A DNA stretch of 63,926 bases, counting the filler, from Choristocarpus tenellus KU-1152 (taxonomy: Eukaryota; Protista; Phaeophyceae): assembly GCA_964200185.2 (NCBI GenBank). It is 9 parts of 9 records of this genome, joined end to end, with 100 filler letters (N's around TTAATTAATTAA, not from the genome) between each part and the next. Parts side by side here need not be neighbours in the genome. Positions count along the whole stretch, not along the records: positions 47,794 to 54,193 come from CAXNAD020008215.1; positions 54,294 to 61,295 come from CAXNAD020006888.1; positions 61,396 to 63,926 come from CAXNAD020027009.1; 6 more parts are not named here. The stretch is one strand, 5' to 3'. The position numbers and the translations under genes are program-made. Under the pieces are notes generated by a model. It made no database searches. It was given only the letters and a program-made list of their open reading frames with translations, and was not told the origin of the DNA. Below, piece after piece: positions 50,701-61,804 of this stretch. Every line of letters starts with the position of its first letter. The first letter of the stretch is position 1.

Positions 50701-52526
50701 CCATCTTCCATTGTAATCCAGAGCAGTACGTGCATGGTTTGAGTCTAATCTCCACTGCTTATGTAGTACACGTAAACTGTATTCTTCAACACAATACTTT
50801 GTGTGTGACCAAGTAGAAGGGGACATGATCCCAAAATAGTCAATATTTTAAATTGAGCCAACAGCACATGCCGTTGCCCTACAACTCCCTCACCCCCTTA
50901 ATTAAGTTGTTATAACTTCTGCAGTTGATGTTGATTTGTATGCTGAGCTACAGATTTTTTCAGGCTACCAACTTCGTCGACCATGTCTTCACCTCTATAG
51001 CCTCAAGGCAATCATAGTTGCCACCTCGATGACGCTCAAGATCGCCATCTACTATGTGTGATCGCAGTGAAGGGTTGTGTAGCACCTCCAGCAGATTCCT
51101 AATGTAGCTAGTTATGTCCTTCTGAGGTATTTTAGGACAGGGTGTGGCAAGGAAGTTGAGAAGGATAGGTTGCTGTGAGAAATCTTACCATTGTGTCTAC
51201 CAGCCCCTCAGCTGGAGCATGAAAAGAGAGATGGGGAAGTTGAAATATACGATACCAAATTGAGTCCAGAATAGGGGGTACTGGTGCATTTGAGGGATAG
51301 CTCACTCAAGGAAAAGAGTTGATCCAAAGTATCTGAGGGGGTGAGGCAGCTGTCCATTTGGGGTCAATTTTCTCATGCCGCCATTTTTGGGTGATTTGGT
51401 TGCATACGTCGGAAGAATAATGTAAATGCACTTCTTCTGATTTGGGGCCAAATGGACACCCTGGTGTAGACCTCCTCCCCCTCCCAGATACTCTGGGTCA
51501 GTTGTTCTGCCTTAGAGGGGGATTTTGTTGATTATTGGTATTTGAGGTCCCTGTAACTGTCTTCTGGTGTACATGCTTCTAGTGCTGTAAAGGGCTATTT
51601 CACTTCCATTGACAAATGTTTGTCCTCTCTTGCGCAACCACATCCAGCTTAGGGGAATAGCTGCATTCAGGAACGGAAATATGTTATAAGGCTGAATGTT
51701 CCGAAAGCACTACATACTCCAAGACGCCAACATCGATCCCCCACTAAGAGAGGATTGCTCCATTTCTCGTTGTTGTGCCATATCTCCTACTGCATCAACT
51801 CCCCAAAGTGAAATGCACAGTACCGAGTTGAAATTTTGCAATCAAGTGGCACACTGTCGAGAGGGGAGCACTGTTCTGTAGGGCAGTTAGACCATCAATC
51901 CAACCCACAATATATTTTCTGAAGCTGCAGAGAACTGCACAGTAGATCCATTCTGTGTTTATCATTAGGAAAACACCATTGAAAAGTATTGAGAAGGCAA
52001 CTCAAAAAAAGGCAGGAATCACTACGACTACTGCTACCAGGTGGCATCCTGCCTCTAGATGCAAAACTCCCCCCTCTCATTCGCCAATCTCACTCTCCCT
52101 AGGCTACTATAAACACACCTGGTCGGTAGCATCTTTCATGCATTCGCACAAGAAAGCTATCCCTCCATTTGCCACATCCTTCAAGATATCGCGACGTCCG
52201 TCGAGTAGTGAGGTGGTCGCTTCCTCAGCTGCGATCAACTCATTGGCCAACCCAAGTGCGATTGATACTCCCTCTTTTACATCAACTGGAGTTTCGACTC
52301 CTTCCCCTTCTCCTTTCCTTGTCCCTGCCGTACAGGGTGCAATGATGGTGTGCTGATCACTACGGTCAGATGAGTGTTGGGTGTGATTGTAGCATCGTAG
52401 CTCATCAGATCCCTCTACTTCGATGCTCCTACTCATCCGTTCCCTTGCGTCAAATAGATAAGTGGTTGAGGGATCAATGGCGCGAGAGACTAGTAGACCT
52501 TGATCTTCAGTGTTGAGAGAAGACAT
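47794..52526 (-). CDS. Uncharacterised multi-exon gene (partial)
   Basis: Candidate exons ~52526-52119 (...CMKDATDQ|gtgtgt), 51121-50993 (KDITSYIRNLLEVLH...EAIE|gtgaag) and 48170-47794 (cgcag|EAMIELLRLHDEF... His/Gly-rich); more small exons possible up to ~53090; no family recognised. Confidence 0.45.
48774..49453. mobile_element. hAT-like non-autonomous remnant
   Basis: CAGGGCT...AGCCCTG ends with clustered (GA)CCGG/GGCCC subterminal repeats; no 8-bp TSD found. Confidence 0.4.
51321..51499 (-). mobile_element. MITE family B
   Basis: GATCCAAAGTATCTGAGG...CCCAGATACTCTGGGTC; AGTT TSD. Confidence 0.9.
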
Positions 52527-53856
52527 CTTAAGGTCGACTTGACGTTCTGGGACATGTCAGATGGGAATGTCGTGGTGTCAGGAGTGCAAAGCGGAATGGA
52601 GTGCAGTAGGAACTGGTGAGGTTCAACCGCAGCTCTGAGGCGGATGCGGGGGGGAAGTTTAATCCATTCACTGACAATACACAGACCTTCGTTGATCTTG
52701 CAGATGTCCAGCCCACTCATGCGGGCAAGTTTTTCGAGGGCACTCATTCTGAAAACACGTCAAACGTTATCCAGCCTTGCTGTTCACAACAGAAAAAGCT
52801 GAAGATTCTTCCGATATACACTATGCTGCAGGGAGCCTTGCTTAGATGCAGGTCTAGCCTCCTGGTTCTATCCAAACCATTTTTTCTGCAGTACTCAGAC
52901 TGAGCGTGGGACGAAGCACGAACAGTGTATACTTGACGGTTCCACATCCCTTGGCGAGGCAACCCGAACTCAAGAAAAACACGCGGTCGCGCGTTAGGAT
53001 TATCAAGAGAAATCTTATCAGTATCGAGCAACGATACCAACAAGGTCGAATTGGTGGTGATGGTGCATGGACTTGTTCCATTATTGCCACCCTTTACTCT
53101 GCACAGGTCTTGGAATAAGTCACTTCGAGCATTCTCTTGACCCTATTAATCTAATGTAATTGATGCCTCTCTCACACACTTGGTGTTAAGTTGAAAGGAA
53201 AGCTTGTCCAATATCAACTTGACTCTCTCCTTACCTATGATGAGCATATATTTATTGTACTTCTTTCAAGTATATTGAGCAATGGTGCCTAAAGCATGCT
53301 ATAATATTCCAATTATGCTACTACAATGAACACTATGAATTTCCTTCTTGCACCTTGGAAACAATCAAGATTGTTTCTCGACTCATGTTCGACTCAATGT
53401 TCTTTGAACATCTACACACACGAGTTGGTATGCAGTTATGGTATCACATGCATATCACATTTGTATACAAACGTTCTCCGTGTCAGCATGGTGAATAAGA
53501 TTGCTACTTTGTCACCCAGCCACAACTACTCTTGATTGATCCAGGCTTATCAACGATGAGGATAACTATTGTTTGATACTTGTATATGCTGTATTGTGGC
53601 ACCCCTGGTTGCAGGAAACCGTGTGTCTCCCATCATTTGAAACGATGAAGATATGAGCAAGCAGAGAGGTGTGGAATGATTTTCAAGCGGATGGATTCTT
53701 GTCTTTCATCTCATGTTTGAGAGGAATCGACCCAACTATTGGGAGATTGCATGTGCCAAGATGTAGCCTTATTGAAGGAAACAGTGTGTGTGTCACCAAT
53801 GACGTCAAGAGTTAGAGAGCAAGCACAGAGAGAGGTGCAAACAAGTGTTGATGTAT

Positions 53857-54040
53857 GGGTCATAGTATCTGGGAGGGGGTGGCGGCTGTCTCTTTGGGGC
53901 CAATTTTTTCCATGTCACGATTTTTGGGTGATTTTGATTGCATACATCCAATGGATAATGTAAGTGCACTTTTCCTGGTTATGGTCCAAATGGACACCCT
54001 GGTGCAGCCCCCCCCCACACACACACAGACACTTTGGGTC
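53857..54040 (-). mobile_element. MITE family B
   Basis: GGGTCATAGTATCTGGG...CAGACACTTTGGGTC; body matches 12084-12264. Confidence 0.88.
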
Positions 54041-54293
54041 TATTTCATACACATGGCTACCCTTAAGGCTTGAAATAGGTTTCCACATCTGCACGGTTGT
54101 CAAGCACTGTCGCTGCATACTGCAAAGTGGTTGGCAGTAGATAGGTGAGTTGCTGCTGGGGTCATTCACTAGATCACGTCATGGTACCTTCAGNNNNNNN
54201 NNNNNNNNNNNNNNNNNNNNNNNNNNNNNNNNNNNNNTTAATTAATTAANNNNNNNNNNNNNNNNNNNNNNNNNNNNNNNNNNNNNNNNNNNN

Positions 54294-54374
54294 AGCCAAA
54301 ATTACATCCAAATCGCAACATTTTATTTTGGCCCCCAAATGGATGCGGCTCTACCCTCTAAGATACTTTGGCTC
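54294..54374 (-). mobile_element. MITE family A terminus at contig start, inserted in the gypsy RT
   Basis: ...CTCTACCCTCTAAGATACTTTGGCTC. Confidence 0.9.
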
Positions 54375-56778
54375 ATGATGAAGGCTGTTTTTTGTCGTTC
54401 ACATTCATCAACTATCGGTAGTTGTCAATAGGCTGATTGGATATCTAAACAAGATAAATATTTTGAACCCCCCAACGTGGATAAAAACCCTCATCCATGG
54501 ATGGTAATGGTCATTAATTATGTATCAAATGTATATTTATGGTTCTTCTAAAATCCACACAGAATCGAGGTGATCCATCCCCTGTTAGGCATCAGGTTTG
54601 GCAACAATGGTAACAGGGGATGTCCATGGGCTAGATGAGGATTTTATAATACCCTGATTCTCCATATCAGTTACACATTGTCGTATAGTGTCGTGCATTT
54701 TTGGTGCCACCCGATAAGGTGGTCTACTAACTGGTTTAGTGCCTGGTTGTAGTGGAAAGTTAACAGAAGTAGTGGTGCAACAACCTAATTCTTTTTCGGA
54801 TAATGAAAAGACTGGTTTGAATTTAGCCACTATATCTAGTAATTCCTCTTGTTCAGACAGTGTCAGTTGAGTATTTGTAAAAGCCTTCTTAGAAAAAACC
54901 AACTTCAATTCCTTCCAAGCCTGTTTCAGTTCTTCGGGGTTAGAGGGTGTGGCTGCAACTGCAATTACTGTGGTGTCTGACAAGGTGTATGTTTTTGATA
55001 CAGGGGAAATATGACCAACTACAAACTCTGCTGGTAACTTGATCCCATTTTGTGACAAAGTGGCAATTTTGACTAGACATCCTCCATCTTCTTCCCAAAC
55101 AGAGAGAGTTCGACTGACCATTATGTGGTGTCAGTTGGGATGTATGTCGTCCTCATGCTCGAGGTCTGTGCCAGTATGAATGATAGGTTCCCCCACTGCA
55201 TCGGTAGCTGTTCCTCGAAGTGCCTGAGAACAGACTGGAACAAGCGTTTCCGTGCCAGGGGGAAGAAATATCTTTTTTACTGTGTATATTGGTTTAATAA
55301 ATTTAGATGTGATTACTGAAATTGAAACATGAGGTGCATTTCCAGTCTGGCAAAATTTGTTTGGGGGGGGAACAGATGGGAAGGGGTACAATTTTGTGTT
55401 TTGCTGGGATGCACTCATCACTGTCTTTAAACGACATCTCCTCTCTATCCCAATCTAGCACTGCCACAAATGTCGAATTAATGCTGTTATCCAATATTTT
55501 TTTATCTACTCCCAGATTAGGTATGGCAACTGCTTGGACAGGCATTGATATGCCACCAAGTCGTGTAAAATGAATTAAACCATTAACAGAAAGCGGTCGA
55601 CCACCTGCTCCTTATAAATTCAGAGCACCTGCTGGAATCTCCCGAATGGGTGCCTTACAAAGTGTTGGGTGGGATTCAATGTATTTGAGTGATATTACTG
55701 GAATGTTAGTAGCAGTATCATCAGCAATATTCGTTAGAGGTTCATTTTCAACATACCCAGGAATTCTTACTCGGTGAGATGAAACATTTTGCATGCGAGG
55801 GGAGTTAAAATAGTGTTGGATTGCTGATGTGTGCCAACAGTATGACAAAGTGGAACAACACATTTGAGGTGTAAAATAAATGTCACCCACGCCCAAAAGA
55901 GGTTATGAGGTAAAGGATAGAGCAGATGTAACAGTTGTTACATGTCCTGCTTGTGGCAACTTTTGGTGTGCTGACCTTGAATGTTCAAAGTGTTGGATCT
56001 TATTTGCTCTCTCTACTACATCCGAGTCTGCCCTACACAAGTTCCTAGTTTCTTCTTGGCTTCTTATCCCTACAGTTTCTGGGGAAACGGATTCTGTAAG
56101 GCACCCCTGTTTCTGTCCGGTCCTAGTTCGTGTTTCGTCCGGTTCAGGGTCGCCTTGGTTGTCCTTCGACGTCGATTGCATTGGACGTGATGAATCCGCT
56201 AGGCGTGCCGTTATAGTAGACACCAACTGGTCGAATGACTTCTCGGTATCTTGATTTCGGCAGTCTCTTCGGGCCGGACGTTCACGGCCTTTCCTTGAGG
56301 GGCGGTATTTGTTGTCCCCAGGATTAGCCCGACAATCTTCCGTTGCATGTCCACGTCTCGATCTCGCACTACAACCTTCGAAATCGCACACTAGGCGGGA
56401 GAATCAGAGGGCTCGGAAAAGGTTGAGGGGAAAGATCGTGTAGATTTGTCAGACCCGTGGGTACGTCGCTTCGATTTCAGTTGGCGGATTTCGGTGTTAG
56501 CCCTATCCAGATCGCCTGCAAGAGTCTTTGCCACGGTCAACATCGGACCAAGGTCAGAGGATTGAATCTCCCTTGGATATAAAATTTCCAGGTTATCGAC
56601 GGATACGCTGGAGGTCACAACATGAGCAAACGATCCTCTGTCCAGGCTCGACATGACAGACGCTTGGCCAACCGCGGCATCACCTAGTGCTGCGAAGTTC
56701 TCGTACCGCTGAGGGTTCGAACGCAAAACTCCTAGTATAGCAGGTAACACACCAACATTGAATGCACAGTATCGGAGT
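54375..56778 (-). mobile_element. Ty3/gypsy LTR retrotransposon, decayed (gag end, protease, RT start)
   Basis: PVSRPPYRVAP...MENQGIIKSSSSPWTSPVTIVAKPD..SPRFCVDFR...GGSKYLSCLDIQSAY*Q...KTAF; upstream protease-like and gag-like pieces; multiple stops and frameshifts. Confidence 0.9.
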
Positions 56779-57095
56779 TGTGCAAAATAGGACAATAGTG
56801 AGGTGTACCTTATTTTGTGTATATGAGGTTATTGTGTTGAAATTAAATCCATGTGATGTAACTAATGAAATAGTACATCCGGATTATATATGGAATAATG
56901 TATGGGTATTCATTCCCTTTCGCTACTTTGAAATAGGTAGCGAAACACAAATAATAGAAGACACCCCGCTAAGGTCACTCTTCTAATTTCAACCATCCAT
57001 TCTTTTCACGTTCAGCTAAGGGGGTCGTGTGAGACTTCACACCTTCTAGCCTTCACTATTGATAAATAGCATTACCACCCAGGGTAATTTGCACA
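56779..57095 (+). mobile_element. 5' LTR of the Copia element
   Basis: TGTGCAAA...TTTGCACA inverted termini, followed directly by a GGTTATGAACC PBS-like motif; dispersed copy at 45954-46170. Confidence 0.85.
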
Positions 57096-59877
57096 GGTTA
57101 TGAACCTCAGTAGTATGGAGACTGACCTGAAGAAACTAGCTGTCTGGACGGGGGTCACAGGAAGGTCAATGGAGACCTGGTCAACTTGGAGACTGTCATT
57201 GATCGCCTACGCTGGTGGAAAGGGTTTGTACGAGATTACGACGAGGGACTACGAGATTCCTGAAACACCCTCCACCATCTCGGGAGACACAGTGCGTATG
57301 GCACATGCCACACACACAAAGAATAACAAGGCGTTATGGTTCCTTCTTCTACAAACGACAAAGGGGTCTGCATCAACAGTAGTGGCGAAATACGAAATGG
57401 GGGTCAACCAGACGGCAGAGGGGCATGGTTAGAACTAGCACGAGTCTACGGTGGACTCGCAGAGGACGAGATCCCCATACAAGTCATCATCTTGGAGGCA
57501 AAACTCCGAGAATTACCGTGCGCGGCGTCTCAGGACAGCACCCATTTTGTCGTTAATGACTATTTTCGGAATTCGAGGAGCTCAAGGAGCCCAAATCCGA
57601 AAACATGAAGAGGGCATCTATACTGCTTGGGATCAAGGAAGCGATGCCATATGTGTTCACGCAATTAATAATGCGCCCGGACATCAGCTATGAGGAGCTT
57701 AAACGGGCAGTCATCTCATCGACAACTTACCTTCACTCGGGTCAAGATGGTCATGATGGGGTATTGGCAATGCATGGCAATGTAAAGAACGGCCATGCTT
57801 GGAAGACCAGGGGATCAGCTGGAAGCGGCCTCAAATCAAGCCAATGTGGATATTGCTTAAAGATGAACCATCGATGGCAGAATTGCTACTCATACTTAAA
57901 AGGAAAGCCACCTGCAACATGTCCACCTGGGATGGCATCCGGAACATTTCCGCCACCTCCAACTCGCGGGGAGCAGGAAACAAAGTCGATGGGAAACCAA
58001 GCGCGCTACTTCTCCACTTTCAAGGTGACAGTAGACGAGGAGGTTAACAAAAGTGCGGCGTTCAACTCCTCCAGTCGAAGACAAGTCGAGATATTGTATG
58101 ACTCCGGAGCAAACGTACATCTTACACCTGATTGTGAAGATCTCATAAGCACTCGGGACACCAAACGCACATACACCTTCGGAAACAATGGGAAATTGGA
58201 AGCGAAGGAAACCGGGGATATGGTTCTAATGGCGACAGACAAGGACGACAAACCAACAAGAGTGGTTCTGTAGGATGTTCTATGGGTCCCAGGTCTACCA
58301 TGCCGCATATTGAGTACTGGAAGTATACGACGGAATGGAGGAGAATTTATGGATTCAGGAACAAATGAAAATTATCTGAGGGCCTCCAAGAATTCGCTTA
58401 AGATAAACCTACAAAAGTCGGGGGGGTTCTTAAATTTAACTGGAACCATATTCACCATGGAACAAGAATCGAGCACCAGCGCTGCATGAGTCAACCAAAA
58501 GCAAAGGCTGACATTGAGGGACTGGCACAACATTTTGGAACACATCAACCCATCAGCTATAAAGCATCTCGAGAAACGTGGACTTCTAGAGATCACCAAC
58601 GCTACTGTGGCGTCAGAACTGCAATGTGAGACCTGCAAGGAATGCAAATCCGAGGCCCTAAGCTATCAACGGGGTGGCAGGACCCCCAAGTAGCCCAGCG
58701 AGGTTATCCACACAGATTTGGCAGGACCTTTTAAAGCAGACATCAATGGCCACCAATATTTCCAGGTGTTTGTTGACGAGAGCAGTCGAGACAAGAGGGT
58801 GTATGGATTGAAAACGAAAAACGCAGCGACGGACGCAACCGCTGTTTATATCGACCAGATGGCCAGGGAAGGTATACCAGTCACATGCATCAGTGGGGAT
58901 GGTGCTGGCGAGATTGGGAGATCAGTGAAGTTCCAAAGGATGCTGGCGAACAACGGTACCCGATGGAGGAAATCTCCACCGAGAACACCACAGAGCAATG
59001 GAATCGCCAAAAGGGTGATAAAGCAACTCATGGGGGCAGCAAGGATTCAACTGGCAAAGGTTGGACTGGGCGACGAATACTGGCTCTTTGTCATCACGGA
59101 CGAACAGGTAAATCTTTCAACTACGATAGGCTTCGGACCTGGGGGAGAGAGTGCTATGTTCACCAGGACAAGCAGCAGAGGGGAGCCGGTTCAAAGTTTT
59201 ACCCATACGCCAAGCGAGGTATAATCATGGGACACGACTGTACATCACTATGTTGGTACATCTGGCTTCCTCAAGAGGTCAAGTTGGTAAGCTCAGCCCA
59301 CATGATGTTCGAGCCAGACGAACAGATCATGGACTTCGTAGGGGAGAGAGAGACCGTGACTTCGACGGATATTGAAGAGATTTCTGATACTGAAGACGGT
59401 TCTGATCGGGATTTTGATATTGCAGTCGATCCGATACCACAAGCAACAGCCGCGAGCAAGAACTCAACAAGTTCACCTAGTGGACAACGGAGGTCAGCCA
59501 GGATAGCTGAACAATCCAGGGTGGACTACAGGGGTTTACACTCTGAAGATACAGAAGAACTGGGAGAGAATATAGTGAATCAGCCCAGAACAAGCACGGA
59601 TGATGTATACTGTCCGATGGGCATGGCAGGTGACATCTCGATAGGCCACTAGGAGCCATCAACCATCGCAGAAGCCCTCGCAGGACCTGATGCATAACAC
59701 TGGAAAGAGGCGATGGAACAAGAAATGGAGGGCCAACGAAGCAAAGGAACCTTCCATGAGGGAGAGAGTCTGCCACCAGGGAGGAGACCTGTCAAAACAA
59801 GATTCATACTTAAAATCAAAAGAACAGCCTATGGAGATATCGAAAGATTTAAGGCCAGGCTGGTAGCACGGGTTTTT

Positions 59878-60139
59878 GAGTGAAAGTATCTTAGGGGGTA
59901 CAAGTTTTTCCCTTTTTGTCCATTTAGGGCTTGACTTCCCTCGGGGGGGGTTTGATGACATTTTACCTACTCCAAAATGTTTCGGAGTAGGTAAAATGTA
60001 TACGTCATCAAAAGGTGTGTCCAGAACATAAATATTGACGCTTCCTAACAAACACAATGACCAAAATTACATCAAAATCGTAACATTGGATTTTGGCCCC
60101 AAAATGGACGCGGCTCTACCCTCTAAGATACTTTGGCCC
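59878..60139 (-). mobile_element. MITE family A inserted in the Copia RT
   Basis: Removing the element plus one TTTT restores ARLVARVFSQQEGVDY in frame. Confidence 0.95.
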
Positions 60140-60497
60140 TTTTTCCCAACAAGAAGGGGTGGACTACTTCAGCGCATTCAGTCCAGTGGTGGGGCTTGAC
60201 GTGATTCGGCCAGTCCTGGCTACAGCAGCTAACAGAAACTGGATCATCAACTCCCTAGACTTCACTCAAGCCTACCTGAACGCACCACTCGCTGAAGATG
60301 TATGGCTACAACTGCACTATGGATCCATCGTAAAAGCTGCCAGGGTCATCTATCGCCTTAAGCAATCAGCAATGGAGTGGTACAAGGAGCTAAGATTGTA
60401 TTAAAGGGAACAATCTTAGCTGAGGGGTGGAGTGTTAGCGACTTTGACGCCTGCCTATATGTGAAAAGGAGTGAAGATGGAAGGATCGCTATCCTTT

Positions 60498-60751
60498 GAG
60501 TGTATCTTAGAGGGTAGAGCCGCGTCCGTTTGGGGACCAAAACCCAATTTTGCGATTTTGATGTAATTTTTGCTATCGTGCTTGTCGCGAAGTGTCCATA
60601 TCCTTTTTCAGACACACCTTTTCATGATGTATACGTTTTACCTACTCCGAAACATTACAGAGTAGGTAAAATGTCATAAATAACATGTGGGAAGTCAAGC
60701 CCCAAATGGACAAACAGGGCCAAAAACTTGCCCTCTAAGATACTTTCAATC
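60498..60751 (+). mobile_element. MITE family A inserted in the Copia RT
   Basis: Removal restores IAILFHCVDDI (YVDD-type motif) in frame; CTTT/TTT duplication. Confidence 0.92.
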
Positions 60752-61115
60752 TTTTTCACTGCGTGGATGACATCTAGTTGACTGGAAACTTTCACGAGGA
60801 AATAAAGAGGATGAAGAGCAGTCTGCTTACCAGGTACGAAGGACGGGACCTCTGGACCCCGGACAAGTTAGTTGGGGTGGCAATCAACCGGGATGAGGCA
60901 GGCATAACGCTAGACCAACATTTCTATGCAGAGAGCATTGTTCGCGAAGGAATGGGATCCACAGAAGTACGGAGTACCTCATCACCTTTAAACCCAGGAA
61001 TGGACCTGACCACAAGAAGAACTGACGAGGAGGAGCTGGACCAGAGGTAAAAACCTTACCGCACCATCCTGGGGAATCTTATTTTCCTAGCTGGGATGAC
61101 ACGACCAGACCTATC

Positions 61116-61295
61116 TGTGCAATATAGACTAATAGTCTATATGGTTTATAGTATAAAAGTGAATGAAGTAATGTAACTGGAACGTATAAGTGACTGACGT
61201 AGTGTAACTGTCACAAACATGTTTAAACATATTTCTGACGTGTTTGATGACGAATGAATTAGATAACAAGGGAGAGCACCACCTCCCACCATGAG
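61116..61295. mobile_element. Probable second LTR-element end inserted into the Copia RT
   Basis: RT frame stops abruptly at TRPDLS and is followed by TGTGCAATATAG..., an AT-rich non-coding stretch running to the gap. Confidence 0.5.
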
Positions 61296-61395
61296 NNNNN
61301 NNNNNNNNNNNNNNNNNNNNNNNNNNNNNNNNNNNNNNNTTAATTAATTAANNNNNNNNNNNNNNNNNNNNNNNNNNNNNNNNNNNNNNNNNNNN

Positions 61396-61505
61396 CTACT
61401 CGTAAACATTTTGGAGTGGGAAAGTGTCATAATATAACCCATGGGAAGGCAAGCCCCAAATGGACAAAAAGGGAAAAACTCTTACCCTCTAAGATACTTT
61501 AACTC
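61396..61505 (+). mobile_element. MITE family A terminus at contig start
   Basis: ...GCCCCAAATGGAC...TACCCTCTAAGATACTTTAACTC. Confidence 0.9.
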
Positions 61506-61550
61506 TACTAAGCCTTTCCCTTTTCGCCATAAACAAAGAGCTATTCTACA

Positions 61551-61804
61551 AAAAAGTACCTTAGAGGGTACGAATTTTGCCCTGTTTGTCCATTTGGGGC
61601 TTATCTTCCCACAGGTTTAATATGATATTTTCCTTCTCCAAATGTTTTGGAGTAGGTAAAATGTATACGTTATGAAAATATGTGTTCGGAACAAGGATAT
61701 TGACTCTTCCTAACAAGCACAATAGCCAAAATTACATCAAAACCGGAACATTAGATTTTGACCCCCAAACGGACGCGGCTCTACCCTCTAAGATAATTTG
61801 ACTC
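61551..61804 (-). mobile_element. MITE family A
   Basis: AAAGTACCTTAGAGGGTA...CTACCCTCTAAGATAATTTGACTC. Confidence 0.9.

Larger units (their letters stand above)
57096..61115 (+). mobile_element. Ty1/Copia retrotransposon internal region, decayed (gag-PR-IN-RT), 3' truncated
   Basis: Zn knuckle CGYCLKMNHRWQNC; protease ILYDSGANVHL; WH..L.H...CETC; integrase HTDLAGP/VDESSR/DGAGE/PQSNG; RT FKARLVAR..SQQEGVDY, LDFTQAYLNA, LKQS..EWY, CVDDI, YRTILG.L..LAGMTRPDL. Confidence 0.95.

Noticed and set aside
61116-61295. 3' LTR of the Copia element
   Set aside because: It begins inside RT, before RNase H and the PPT, and matches the 5' LTR only in the first few bases; more likely a separate insertion
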